A DNA stretch of 64,000 bases from an uncultured Acidimicrobiales bacterium. GTDB taxonomy: Bacteria > Actinomycetota > Actinomycetes > Mycobacteriales > QHCE01. Shown here piece after piece: positions 39,307 to 48,915 of the stretch. The stretch lies in the NCBI GenBank assembly GCA_963736285.1, contig CAVTOA010000003.1, positions 925,558 through 989,557 of the forward strand, written 5' to 3'. The position numbers were made by a program, and so were the translations under genes. Each line of letters opens with the position of its first letter. Position 1 is the first letter of the stretch. The notes beneath the pieces are model-generated. The model ran no database searches. It saw nothing but the letters and a program-made list of their open reading frames with translations, and was not told the DNA's origin.

Positions 39307-39340
39307 GGCAGGCGAACTCAGGCATGGCAGGCTATTGGCC

Positions 39341-40120
39341 ATGACAACGATCGCCAGCCATACTGCCGCACGTGAGTCGCACACGCTCGTTTTGTTGCGC
39401 CACGGTGAGAGCGAATGGAATGCCAAGAATCTGTTTTCGGGCTGGGTCGATGTCGGGCTTTCGGGCAAAGGGGAAGACGAAGCGCATCATGGTGGAGCAC
39501 TGATCGCAGAGGCGGGCCTGGAGCCCAGCGTTCTGCATACGTCACTGTTGCGACGCGCGATTCGCACCGCGGAGATCGCATTGAACACTGTGGACAGACA
39601 GTGGATTCCGGTGCGACGGTCGTGGCGACTCAACGAGCGTCACTACGGCGACCTTCAAGGCCGCAACAAGAAGCAGACGCTAGAGAAATTTGGCGAAACA
39701 CAGTTCATGCAATGGCGACGTTCGTACGACATCCCGCCCCCGGAGATCGCCGACGACGCGGAGTATTCACAGTTCCATGACCCTCGCTACGCCGCTCTGC
39801 CACCAGATGCGCGCCCCAAAGCCGAATGTCTCAAAGATGTGTTGGATCGCATGCTGCCGTATTGGTATGACGCGGTAGTCCCAGATTTGCGAATGGGACA
39901 CACCGTGATGGTGGTTGCGCACGGCAATTCGTTGCGGGCGTTGGTCAAACACTTGGACGGCATCAGCGATGACGACATTGTCGAGCTGAACATTCCCACC
40001 GGCATTCCGCTGCGCTACGAGCTCGATGCGAATTTGGTACCCGTCAATCGTGGTGGCACTTATCTGGACCCAGAGGCCGCAAGAGTCGCGGCAGAAGCCG
40101 TCAAGAACCAAGGCCGCTAG
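39341..40120 (+). CDS. gpmA: 2,3-bisphosphoglycerate-dependent phosphoglycerate mutase
   Basis: [12 protein letters not shown] catalytic His motif. Start moved to ATG 39341, downstream of the hairpin. Confidence 0.9.
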   Translation: MTTIASHTAARESHTLVLLRHGESEWNAKNLFSGWVDVGLSGKGEDEAHHGGALIAEAGLEPSVLHTSLLRRAIRTAEIALNTVDRQWIPVRRSWRLNERHYGDLQGRNKKQTLEKFGETQFMQWRRSYDIPPPEIADDAEYSQFHDPRYAALPPDARPKAECLKDVLDRMLPYWYDAVVPDLRMGHTVMVVAHGNSLRALVKHLDGISDDDIVELNIPTGIPLRYELDANLVPVNRGGTYLDPEAARVAAEAVKNQGR

Positions 40121-40131
40121 CGTCCAACTAA

Positions 40132-40191
40132 CTTTTTTGCGGATTGCCCGCAATTTTGGCACCAAATATTGCGGGCAATCCGCAAGAAAAG
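40132..40191. repeat. nested near-perfect palindrome, family copy 1
   Basis: CTTTTTTGCGGATTGCCCGCAATTTTGGCACCAAATATTGCGGGCAATCCGCAAGAAAAG. The 17-nt arm TTGCGGATTGCCCGCAA is identical to the copy at 63702-63757. Confidence 0.95.
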
Positions 40192-40210
40192 CGAGCGGGG
40201 TGGCGGGCGG

Positions 40211-40983
40211 CTAAGGCTGGGTCGGGCGAGCGGTCTCGGTCGCGGGATGCACGGCAATGAGCCCATTGGCTTCGCGGATTGTGCACAACCGAGCCAACTC
40301 GCGGTACGCGGATGCTCCTATGAGCTCGTTGAGCTCTGCGGCATAACTGTGAAAGACCGGTTCGCCCGCGGTGTGCGTGCTCGGGGCCGAGGTGCACCAC
40401 CAATGAAGGTCGTGACCTCCGGAGCCCCATCCGCGTCGGTCAAACTCCGTCAGGCTCGTGACGAGTACGTCGGTGTCGTCGGTGCGCTTAGTCCATTCCT
40501 GTTCGCGCCGAATGGGTAGCTGCCAACAGACGTCGGGTTTGTATTTGAGAGGGTGCTTTTCGTCGCGTAGTGCTTGCGCGTGGAGCGCGCAACCGGCGCC
40601 TCCGGCAAAACCAGGGCGATTCAGGAAAATGCAGGCACCATCAATTACCGCCGTGCGCCGACGTTCGTCATCGTCGAGCTCGTCTACTTCGGTCCATGCT
40701 TCGTAGCCACGGACGTAATGCTGCCACGTGTTGCGATTGAGCCGACGCACGGCAGCGCGCACCCGTTTCTCGTCGTCGTCATCGGTGAAGAACGCGCCAT
40801 GACTGCAGCAGCCGTTATCCTGTTGGCCCGCGACGATGCCGTGGCAGCCTTTCCCGAAAACACAGTGCCAGCGGGAGAGCAGCCAGGTGAATCTGCCCGC
40901 ACCAGGTGTTCGTCGTTGGCGGGGTCGACGAATTCGATCCATTCCCGCGTGAAATCCAGTGGGGTTTCCCTCTCGGCCGGCAT
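40211..40983 (-). pseudogene. Rv0495c-like Cys-rich conserved protein, apparent -1 frameshift
   Basis: The N-terminus [31 protein letters not shown] (frame of ORF 40684-41037) continues as [18 protein letters not shown] in the frame of ORF 40211-40942. The junction is at an AA/TT run near 40890. Confidence 0.6.
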
Positions 40984-41161
40984 TTGACGCAGAACGGGGG
41001 TGGGTAAGTCCACCGGGAGGTGATGTGTCACCCGCACAGCCTAGAGCCCAGGGTATTTTGATCCGATTTGAGTGAACTAATGGTTCGCAAAGGCGTGCTG
41101 AGTCGGCAAAAATGACCCTCCGTACAAAATTCCGCGCGCGGGTCCAGCTATTCTCTGCTAG

Positions 41162-42067
41162 GTGAGCTCTCTAGATGACCCCTCCAGATCGTTGTTGGAC
41201 GAGGTGTGCTCAACCGCCCTGCCCAACCCCGATATCCCCGTGGGTCTGTCGACCGCAGCCGCGTACCCCGAGCGGACGGCGGCCGCCTTTGAAATCGCAG
41301 CGGCGCTGGGCTACGACGGTGTCGAGGTCATGGTGTGGGCAGATCCGGTCAGCCAAAATGTTGCCGAGCTCGCCCGCCTCTCTGAACGTTTTGACATCCC
41401 CATTCTCTCCGTGCACGCGCCATGCCTGATTTTCACGCAGAGAGTATGGTCACCCGATCCGATGACTCGTCTCGATATGGCTGCTCAGACCGCGAGCAAG
41501 TTGGGCGCTCCCACGGTAGTAGTGCATCCGCCGTTTAGGTGGCAGCGTGACTACGCGCGAGGCTTCGCCGAGCAGATCGCCCGAATCTCGCACGATACGG
41601 GCGTCACGCTCGCTGTAGAAAACATGTATCCATTGAAGACAAAGAATCGCAACTGGCACCCGTACCACCCTCACTGGGACCCCACCGAGGTTGGCTTCAG
41701 CGATTACACATTGGACCTTTCCCACGCGGCCACGGCACACACAAACTCGCTGGACCTCGCCGAGCGAATGGGCGGCAATTTGTCACACATACATTTGGGC
41801 GACGGCACTGGCAGTTTCAAAGACGAGCATTTGATTCCGGGACGGGGCACGCAGCCGTGCGCCGAGGTCTTGCAAATGCTTGCCCGCAATGGGTTTAAGG
41901 GCTCTGTGGTAGCCGAGATCAGCACCCGGCATATCAAGCTTCGGCACGGTAGGGAGCTACGCGAAGCGGAGCTAGCCGAGACGTTGGCCTTTGCCCGGCA
42001 ACACTTGGCGACGCCGGTCCCAGCTCCCGCGCCCCCTGCCCCAGCGGTCTCTGCCGCCGTCGTGTGA
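41162..42067 (+). CDS. sugar phosphate isomerase/epimerase (xylose-isomerase-like TIM barrel, Rv0498-like)
   Basis: GYDGVEV, SVHAP, VVHPP, LAVEN and HLGD strand-end motifs. Confidence 0.8.
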   Translation: MSSLDDPSRSLLDEVCSTALPNPDIPVGLSTAAAYPERTAAAFEIAAALGYDGVEVMVWADPVSQNVAELARLSERFDIPILSVHAPCLIFTQRVWSPDPMTRLDMAAQTASKLGAPTVVVHPPFRWQRDYARGFAEQIARISHDTGVTLAVENMYPLKTKNRNWHPYHPHWDPTEVGFSDYTLDLSHAATAHTNSLDLAERMGGNLSHIHLGDGTGSFKDEHLIPGRGTQPCAEVLQMLARNGFKGSVVAEISTRHIKLRHGRELREAELAETLAFARQHLATPVPAPAPPAPAVSAAVV

Positions 42068-42146
42068 CCATACCCGCCATGTGACGTTGCCCTGTGGGGG
42101 CTCTGCGGCGGGAAGCGTGACAGCGAAACCACTCTATGATGCTGGC

Positions 42147-43067
42147 ATGTTGCGATCGGTGATTTTGGCGGCCTCCCGCAGTAAGCGGTTGGAGAAGCTG
42201 ATTGAGGCGGCGCCGCCCAGTCGGGCGGTAGTGCGGCGGTTTGTCGCGGGAGTCTCCACAGAGGACGCTTTGTCGGTTGCGCGTTCCCTCGCCGCCACAA
42301 GACTCACCGCGACGTTGGATTATTTGGGTGAAGACAGCGCCGATCCGGCACAAGCGGATGTCGTCAAGGCGGCCTACCTCCAGCTGATCGCGGGGCTAGT
42401 TGAGCATGAGCTCACGGGCACTACTGAGGTCAGCCTGAAACTTTCGGCGCTGGGTCAGCGGTTCGATCGGTCTCGCTCGGTGAGCTTTGCCGCCGAGATC
42501 TGTCGCGTTGCGAGAGAGGCTGGCACCACCGTCACCTTGGATATGGAAGACCACACCACCACCGACACCACGCTAGAAGCGTTGGTGGAGTTACGAAAAG
42601 ACTTTCCCGAGACCGGGGCGGTGCTGCAGGCGCAGCTGCGGCGCACGGAGGCGGATTGCCGCGATCTTGCGACGAGTGGTTCACGGGTGCGGCTATGTAA
42701 GGGCGCCTATGAGGAACCGGAGTCGGTGGCGTTTCGCTCACCCTATGACGTGGCGCGTTCGTATGTCCGCTGCACAAATGCGCTGCTCGCGGGCGCTGGA
42801 TACCCCATGTTTGCCACCCATGATCCGCGGTTGATCGACATCGTGATCGATCGCGCACCCGCCTATGGGCGCGACGACACCAGCTTTGAATTTCAGCTGC
42901 TCTACGGTGTGCGCCCCGAAGGGCAGCGGCGGCTCGCCGCACTCGGCTATCTCGTGCGGGTCTATGTCCCTTATGGCACCCAGTGGTACGGCTATTTGAT
43001 GCGGCGATTGGCCGAGCGTCCGGCAAACCTGACATTCTTTTTGCGATCGTTGGCTTCTCGTCGGTAG
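42147..43067 (+). CDS. proline dehydrogenase
   Basis: Start set at MLRSVIL. FVAG...A, LDYLGE, LDMED, RLCKGAY and ATHD motifs of monofunctional PutA-like PRODH. Confidence 0.8.
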   Translation: MLRSVILAASRSKRLEKLIEAAPPSRAVVRRFVAGVSTEDALSVARSLAATRLTATLDYLGEDSADPAQADVVKAAYLQLIAGLVEHELTGTTEVSLKLSALGQRFDRSRSVSFAAEICRVAREAGTTVTLDMEDHTTTDTTLEALVELRKDFPETGAVLQAQLRRTEADCRDLATSGSRVRLCKGAYEEPESVAFRSPYDVARSYVRCTNALLAGAGYPMFATHDPRLIDIVIDRAPAYGRDDTSFEFQLLYGVRPEGQRRLAALGYLVRVYVPYGTQWYGYLMRRLAERPANLTFFLRSLASRR

Positions 43068-43114
43068 TAGTGCGTCGCTGTTTTTCATCGTTGTCTTCGT
43101 CCTAAGGGGTACTC

Positions 43115-43918
43115 ATGGACACTCTCGCGATCGTTGGTGTGGGCACGTTGGGCGAGGTTCTGCTGGGCGGCTTGTTGAGCGGCGGTTGGGATGCGGAGCG
43201 CATTGTGGTGGTGGGACGCCGTCCAGAACGAGTGACCGAGATCGAAAATCGCTATGGCGTCCGGGGGGTGACCGTTCCGGAGGCCGCGTCCGCTCAGACG
43301 CTGGTCATCGCCGTTAAGCCACAAGACATCGCTGGTTTGCTTAACGAGTTAGCTCCCCACATTCACCCAGCGCAACTGGTGATTTCCTTGGCCGCCGGTG
43401 TGCCTACGTCCTACCTCGAACGCATGCTTGGCGAGCGGGTTCCGGTGGTGCGTGTCATGTCGAACACCCCTGCGCTGGTGGATGAGGCGATGAGTGCGAT
43501 GAGTGCCGGCCAGCATGCTGATGAAACGCATCTTGCTGCCACCGAAGCGATCTTGTCGCCGGTGGGCAAAGTGTTGCGGCTTTCCGAGTACCAACAAGAC
43601 GCGGTGACCGCGCTGTCTGGCTCCGGGCCGGCCTATTTTTTCTACCTGGTGGAATCGATGATCGATGCCGGGATTTTGTTGGGGTTGCCCCGGACGGTCG
43701 CCGCGGACTTGGTGCTGCAGACCGCGTTTGGTGCGGCGAAAATGCTGCGTGACTCGGGTGAGCATCCGGTGCGGCTCCGTGAAGCGGTCACCTCACCTGC
43801 CGGGACCACCATTAATGCGATTCGTGAGCTAGAAAAGCATGGCGTACGCGCTGCGGTGATCGCGGCGATAGAGGCGGCAAGGGATCGTTCGGCGGAGATT
43901 GGCAAGGGCTTCAAGTAG
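43115..43918 (+). CDS. proC: pyrroline-5-carboxylate reductase
   Basis: Rossmann N-terminus and C-terminal SPAGTTINAIRELE motif. Confidence 0.9.
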   Translation: MDTLAIVGVGTLGEVLLGGLLSGGWDAERIVVVGRRPERVTEIENRYGVRGVTVPEAASAQTLVIAVKPQDIAGLLNELAPHIHPAQLVISLAAGVPTSYLERMLGERVPVVRVMSNTPALVDEAMSAMSAGQHADETHLAATEAILSPVGKVLRLSEYQQDAVTALSGSGPAYFFYLVESMIDAGILLGLPRTVAADLVLQTAFGAAKMLRDSGEHPVRLREAVTSPAGTTINAIRELEKHGVRAAVIAAIEAARDRSAEIGKGFK

Positions 43919-44125
43919 GAGACCCTGGTGGCCCGCGTGTGGCATTTCTTTGGGTACATCTCGGTGGGTGGGTCCGGATTTACCCTCGTCCCATCTCTCG
44001 ACGGGGTGATTTGCGGCGTTTACTGTTGTTTGTGAACTTCTGCGCTGCGAGGTGCTGGCGAGAATATTGCTAGCAGGTCTGGTGTGGTGCGGAGAGCCGT
44101 TTGCGACAGTGCTCGGAGGTGTGCC

Positions 44126-44398
44126 ATGTCTGTTCCACGCTCGCCGTCACGTTCTGCGCTCAGCCCCGCATCCACGGCGACAAGAAGCTCTCGAGCGGAA
44201 CCGCCACGCTCGCCTTCGCTGGCGAATGTGCGCTTCTTGACCGTATCTGAAGTCGCACGGCTCATGCGCGTCTCCAAGATGACCGTGTATCGGCTGGTGC
44301 ATTCCGGCGAACTGCATGCTGTCCGGGTTGGACGGTCGTTTCGGGTGCCGGAAAACGCTGTGCACGCATACCTGAAGGACGCTTTTACCCAGGCCTGA
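44126..44398 (+). CDS. excisionase-family HTH DNA-binding protein (Rv0500A-like)
   Basis: GGAGG RBS before ATG 44126; LTVSEVARLMRVSKMTVYRLVHSGELHAVRVGRSFRV. Confidence 0.75.
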   Translation: MSVPRSPSRSALSPASTATRSSRAEPPRSPSLANVRFLTVSEVARLMRVSKMTVYRLVHSGELHAVRVGRSFRVPENAVHAYLKDAFTQA

Positions 44399-44543
44399 AT
44401 CGTTGCGGAGTTGCGCCACCAGGGTTGCGGTCGATCACCTTACGCTTGACCTAATGCCGGTCGATGCGACGCTAACGGCTACCCTATGAAGCTCAGAGTC
44501 AGGCCCAACGGCGTGAGCGCAATTCGAATTTGAAGGACTTGGT

Positions 44544-44642
44544 ATGGGATCGGTTGTTAAGAAGCGTCGCAAGCGGATGGCCAAGAAGAAGCACCGCAAG
44601 CTCTTGAAGAAGACTCGCGTCCAGCGTCGTAACAAGAAGTAG
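44544..44642 (+). CDS. 30S ribosomal protein bS22 (Rv0500B-like)
   Basis: 32-aa [41 protein letters not shown]. Below the ORF-track cutoff. Conserved position after the HTH gene. Confidence 0.85.
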   Translation: MGSVVKKRRKRMAKKKHRKLLKKTRVQRRNKK

Positions 44643-44657
44643 CCGGGGGCGCGCGGA

Positions 44658-45686
44658 GTGGCGCCTCGGGTCGTACTCGTCACAGGAGTGGGTCGCCACA
44701 TCGGTGCACGTGTGGCGGCCCGGCTTGCCGCTGACGACTCGGTAGAACGAGTCATCGGTGTCGACAATGCCACCATGCATGGCGATGCGGCTGGCACGGG
44801 CGTCGAGTTCGTGCATGCCGACATTCGCGCGCCACTCATTGGCGCGATCCTCACCAGCACCCACGTCGACACAGTGGTTCACACCCACGTCACCGATATT
44901 TCCGTGGGCTCGCATGGCCGAGACGCGGCAAAAGAACTTAACGTCATCGGTTCCATGCAGCTGCTGGCGGCATGCGGAAAAGCGGCGGGCGTTCGCAAAC
45001 TGGTCGTGAGATCCTCGACCGCGGTATATGGATCGTCGCCGCATAACCCCGCGATGTTTACCGAAGACCACGAAGCCGCGTCAAATCTGCGCGGCTACAG
45101 TCGAGACTTCGCCGATGTCGAGTCCTATGTCCGCAGTTTTAGCCGACGGCGTCCCGACACGATGGTTTCGACTCTTCGACTGGCGAACGTGATGTCACCG
45201 CTGGTCAGTACAGCATTGACGCGATACTTCGGTTATTCATCGCCACCAACGGTGCTTGGGTTTGATCCCCGAATACAGTTTGCGCACCTGGACGACTGCG
45301 TAGAGGCGTTGTACGCGGCGACGGTGCGAGATCACCCCGGTGTCTTTAACGTCGCCGGTCCGGGGGTCATGACGCTCTCGCAGGCGATCCGGCGAGCGGG
45401 CAGCATGCCGTTGCCGGTTCCACGGATCGTTGCCTCTGCGATCGATGCGCTGGGAAAGCTGAACCTTTCCGGGGAGCTGCTGGACTTTCTTACCCACGGC
45501 CGAGTGGTAGACATTGCCCGGTTGACCACCGAGGTTGGTTATCGGCCACGATTTTCGACGGCTGCGGCCTTCACCGATTTTGTGCGCGGCAGTCGACGCG
45601 ACGCACCATTGCCAGCGGACAAGGCGCGAGCCTGGGAGAAATCGTTGTGGTCTGGATATCTTCGGTTGCGGGGCCGCGATGAGTAG
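44658..45686 (+). CDS. NAD-dependent epimerase/dehydratase family protein (Rv0501-like)
   Basis: VLVTGVGRHIGARV Rossmann motif; 342 aa; GTG start. Confidence 0.8.
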   Translation: MAPRVVLVTGVGRHIGARVAARLAADDSVERVIGVDNATMHGDAAGTGVEFVHADIRAPLIGAILTSTHVDTVVHTHVTDISVGSHGRDAAKELNVIGSMQLLAACGKAAGVRKLVVRSSTAVYGSSPHNPAMFTEDHEAASNLRGYSRDFADVESYVRSFSRRRPDTMVSTLRLANVMSPLVSTALTRYFGYSSPPTVLGFDPRIQFAHLDDCVEALYAATVRDHPGVFNVAGPGVMTLSQAIRRAGSMPLPVPRIVASAIDALGKLNLSGELLDFLTHGRVVDIARLTTEVGYRPRFSTAAAFTDFVRGSRRDAPLPADKARAWEKSLWSGYLRLRGRDE

Positions 45687-46587
45687 CGAGGCAGAGGGGC
45701 ACTCCCCGACGAGAACCTCGGAGAATGCGCCAGCAACGGCACCAAAGGCCGCCCGGGCACAGGGTCCAGATCTCTGGGATCAGCGCATCGCGGCCACGCT
45801 TAATTTTCTCCGGCGTCGAGTCACCGGCAACTATCACATCGACGATTTCGGCTATGACCAAGACTTCACCGAGAAGCTGCTCGCACCGCCACTTCGGGAG
45901 CTCTACCAAAAGTGGTTCCGGGTGCGGGTGAGCGGCTTGGAGCATGTGCCCGACTCTGGCGCCGCGTTGGTCGTCTCTAATCATGCTGGGGTGGTGCCAC
46001 TCGATGGTGCCATGCTCGCTATCGCACTTCTTGACCACCACCCCGCGCATCGACATCTCCGGATGCTCGCCGCCGACTTGGTGTTTCGCATGCCGTTTGT
46101 CGGGTCTGTTGCCCGTAAGGCTGGTGCCACGCTGGCTTGTCCCGACGATGTGCGGCGACTGCTTGCTGCGGGAGAACTCACCGGCGTCTTTCCGGAGGGC
46201 TTTAAGGGGAGCGGAAAGCTGTATCGCGACCGATACAAGTTGCAGCGATTCGGTCGGGGTGGGTTTGTGTCGGCCGCGTTGCATGCTGGTGCGCCGATTA
46301 TTCCCTGCGCGATCGTGGGTGCCGAAGAGACATATCCGATGATCGCCAATGCGAAAACGTTGGCCCGTCTGCTTAAACTGCCGTATTTTCCGATTACGCC
46401 GACGTTTCCCTGGCTCGGACCGTTGGGCGCGGTGCCTATGCCGTCCACATGGCATATCGAATTTTGCCCACCAGTCGACACCGCCGGGCAAGCTGCTCAC
46501 GCTGATGACCCTCTGGTGGTGTTCAACCTTGCTGACCAGGTGCGAGAGACGATCCAGCAAAAGCTGAACCAGCTCCGCGACAACTAA
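45679..46587 (+). CDS. lysophospholipid (1-acylglycerol-3-phosphate-type) acyltransferase family protein (Rv0502-like)
   Basis: Start ATG 45679 overlaps the upstream stop (ATGAGTAG). NHAG...D box and GVFPEG motif. Confidence 0.8.
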   Translation: MSSEAEGHSPTRTSENAPATAPKAARAQGPDLWDQRIAATLNFLRRRVTGNYHIDDFGYDQDFTEKLLAPPLRELYQKWFRVRVSGLEHVPDSGAALVVSNHAGVVPLDGAMLAIALLDHHPAHRHLRMLAADLVFRMPFVGSVARKAGATLACPDDVRRLLAAGELTGVFPEGFKGSGKLYRDRYKLQRFGRGGFVSAALHAGAPIIPCAIVGAEETYPMIANAKTLARLLKLPYFPITPTFPWLGPLGAVPMPSTWHIEFCPPVDTAGQAAHADDPLVVFNLADQVRETIQQKLNQLRDN

Positions 46588-46651
46588 GGCGGCTCGAACC
46601 GTCGACGTGGCAATCGCAGCGTCGAGAAATGCTGTCGCGCCACTCAGTCCA

Positions 46652-47527
46652 CTATGGACGGTCGCGATGACGGCGTACGGCTATGCCTACAGCGAAGGCG
46701 CCCGCGAGCAGTGCACCCGCCCCGGCGATGCCGGGTACGCCGACACTCACGGCTTTGCGTGCGCGTCGGAAATCGTGGACGGGCCAGCCCTGCGCCTTGG
46801 CATAGCGGCGAAGCTGCCTGTCAGGGTTGATCGCCACCGGATGGCCCACGCTGGTAAGCAGAGGCAGGTCATTGATCGAGTCGCTATATGCGCTAGATCG
46901 AGCGAGGTCGAGATTCTCGCGCTCAGCAAGGGCCTTGATCGCATGCGCCTTACTAGCACCGTGCAACAGCTCGCCCACGAGCCGGCCTGTGTAGCGTCCG
47001 TTGGCGACCTCGGCAACGGTGCCGAGCGCGCCCGTGAGCTGAAGTCGGCTGGCGATCACATTCGCTAGCTCCGCCGGCGTGGCTGTAACTAGCCATACCT
47101 GCTCGCCCCGGCTCAGATGTTCCTCGGCGAATCCCAATGTTCCTGGCCAGATGCGGTCAGCGATGAGGTCGTCGTAGATTTCTTCGCCGTACCGCTGTAT
47201 CTCGGCGACCTCCCGATCGGCGACAAACGCCAATGCCGTTTCTTGCGTTCGGTCTAGACCGCTCAGGTTCTCTTTGCCGACCATTCTGAACCGGAGTTGC
47301 TGTCCGGCAAACCGTGCAAGGTCGCGAGTAGTGAAAAATTTGCGGGCCGCCAAGCCGCGCGCGAAGTGATATATCGACGCACCCATGATCATGGTGTTGT
47401 CTACATCGAAAAATGCTCCGATTTTGCCGTTGGCGGGGATCTGTGTCTCTGTGGCTGCCGGCGCTCTGGTGGCGGTGGCGCCGTCTGTGCTGTGGACCTG
47501 GGCAGCTGAGGCCGTCGTCGCGGACAT
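46652..47527 (-). CDS. HAD-IB family hydrolase (SerB-like, Rv0505c-like)
   Basis: FFDVDNTM motif I, SDSINDLPLL motif IV, hydrophobic C-terminal tail. Confidence 0.8.
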   Translation of the reverse strand: MSATTASAAQVHSTDGATATRAPAATETQIPANGKIGAFFDVDNTMIMGASIYHFARGLAARKFFTTRDLARFAGQQLRFRMVGKENLSGLDRTQETALAFVADREVAEIQRYGEEIYDDLIADRIWPGTLGFAEEHLSRGEQVWLVTATPAELANVIASRLQLTGALGTVAEVANGRYTGRLVGELLHGASKAHAIKALAERENLDLARSSAYSDSINDLPLLTSVGHPVAINPDRQLRRYAKAQGWPVHDFRRARKAVSVGVPGIAGAGALLAGAFAVGIAVRRHRDRP

Positions 47528-47563
47528 GCTGAGCAGACTACCTGGCCAGCATGGGTTGTTCGG

Positions 47564-48658
47564 CTATTTGCCTGCGTCTATCACGGCGCCGATCACGCCG
47601 CCCAATAAGCCGAGGACCCCGTTGCCGGTGCCGTCTTTAGCTGGGCGTGCGCTTTGTTGTATGCCGGGCAACTGTGCGTTTCCGTTGGGGTTTGCTAGCA
47701 AGCCGTCGCTGTGAGAGGCCAAGGGGTTGTCGCCGCTTGCTGACGCTGACGGCTTACCAGATGGGCTTGCCGTGGGCGTGAGTGAGCCTGGCCCTGCAGG
47801 ACCAGGCTTGGCTGCTCCAGGCTGTTCTTGAAGCGCGGAGCAGGTGCGGGGAACGGGGCCAAGCTCGTCGCTTCGGCCGGTACCCGAGTAGTCGGCTGTG
47901 CACAGCAAGGACGGTCGCAACGCATTGGCCCGCGAGTCCACCTGCTCTATGACCCCGAGTGAATCCAGTGCGCGTTGGCGGCTGTCCACTCGTAACCGAT
48001 TGATCAGGCTCGCCAATCCGTGCCGTTGGCTAGCGGTGAACGAGTCGACCGTCTCCAGCGGCGCGGTTGATCTACGTTGCACCGCTGCTCCGCTGAGCTC
48101 GAGCATGCCACTACGGGTATCCGCGTCCATGTCGTCGAGAGCGCGGGCGAGCTCACCGCGATCGTCGTGTATTTTTTCTGCTTCCTTGAGTCGGGTCTTC
48201 GCGAACTGTAGGTGTAGCTCGCCTCGGCTTACGTCGGACTGGGCGAGCGCAAGCTGTGCGGCTTCCCTGCTCCGTTTGATGCCGTACAAGGCGTCGCCAG
48301 GGTTTGCGCCAGTACTGGCCAGACCAACGCCAGACAAGCCCACCAGTGCAGCCAATGTGCCGCTGACGAGCGCGACGCGCCGAGGGGCGAACCGTTTGGT
48401 GTGAGCGGGAGTTTTGGAGGCGGTCTCCTCTGGTGTGTGATTTTTTCGGCCGACCCCTTGAACGGCGGCAACAGCCAGCAGCCGGGTACGGAAACGATCG
48501 CGGAAGGCCGGGTCTATCTGGATTTCGTCGCCAAGAGCTCTGGTGCGCTCTCCAAGCATGAGCAGCGGAGAAAACTCGTCATGAGCGGGAGGATGCTCGG
48601 CCTCCAACAGATTGTTGAACTGTTCGGCGGCGCGACGCTCCCATGGAGTGACAATCAC
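47564..48658 (-). CDS. putative anti-sigma factor (DUF5667-like), single-pass membrane protein
   Basis: N-terminal ERRAAEQFNNLLE motif, one TM (VALVSGTLAALVGLSGVGLA), coiled middle, Pro/Ala/Ser-rich tail. Downstream of the sigma gene. Confidence 0.55.
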   Translation of the reverse strand: MIVTPWERRAAEQFNNLLEAEHPPAHDEFSPLLMLGERTRALGDEIQIDPAFRDRFRTRLLAVAAVQGVGRKNHTPEETASKTPAHTKRFAPRRVALVSGTLAALVGLSGVGLASTGANPGDALYGIKRSREAAQLALAQSDVSRGELHLQFAKTRLKEAEKIHDDRGELARALDDMDADTRSGMLELSGAAVQRRSTAPLETVDSFTASQRHGLASLINRLRVDSRQRALDSLGVIEQVDSRANALRPSLLCTADYSGTGRSDELGPVPRTCSALQEQPGAAKPGPAGPGSLTPTASPSGKPSASASGDNPLASHSDGLLANPNGNAQLPGIQQSARPAKDGTGNGVLGLLGGVIGAVIDAGK

Positions 48659-48915
48659 TCTGCAAACCCCCTCTCTCCCGCATGGACTGTCCTATTTGCT
48701 GGGACATATGGTGCGTCCGCAAGCGCGGACGAGGACACCGTCACCGCGAACAACGGAGTGGGGGCTAGCTTGGTTACGGCCTGTGGTTGCCTTTTTTCTG
48801 ACGTGATTACTTCGTTACTGCTGGTCACAGCACTAATCGGCCATTTTTGGGTCATAAATGTGGTGGCATGAGTCACAGCATGTGCTTGTATTCGCGGCAC
48901 ATGGACCGATGTCAT
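48655..48915 (-). CDS. candidate 86-aa ORF filling the sigma/anti-sigma gap
   Basis: Its ATG overlaps the sigma stop (ATGA) and its TGA overlaps the anti-sigma GTG (GTGA). Third-position GC is only about 53% by hand count, so coding status is doubtful. Confidence 0.2.
   Translation of the reverse strand: MTSVHVPRIQAHAVTHATTFMTQKWPISAVTSSNEVITSEKRQPQAVTKLAPTPLFAVTVSSSALADAPYVPANRTVHAGERGFAE

Noticed and set aside
40132-40191. Interpreting the long palindromes simply as classical rho-independent terminators
   Set aside because: On both strands the full hairpins are followed by A-runs rather than U-tracts, and copy 2 is not at a gene end. The terminator role is kept only as one hypothesis among several.
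45571-46560. 329-aa minus-strand ORF
   Set aside because: It is antisense to the acyltransferase gene, which carries the family motifs. It is Arg-rich with no motif.
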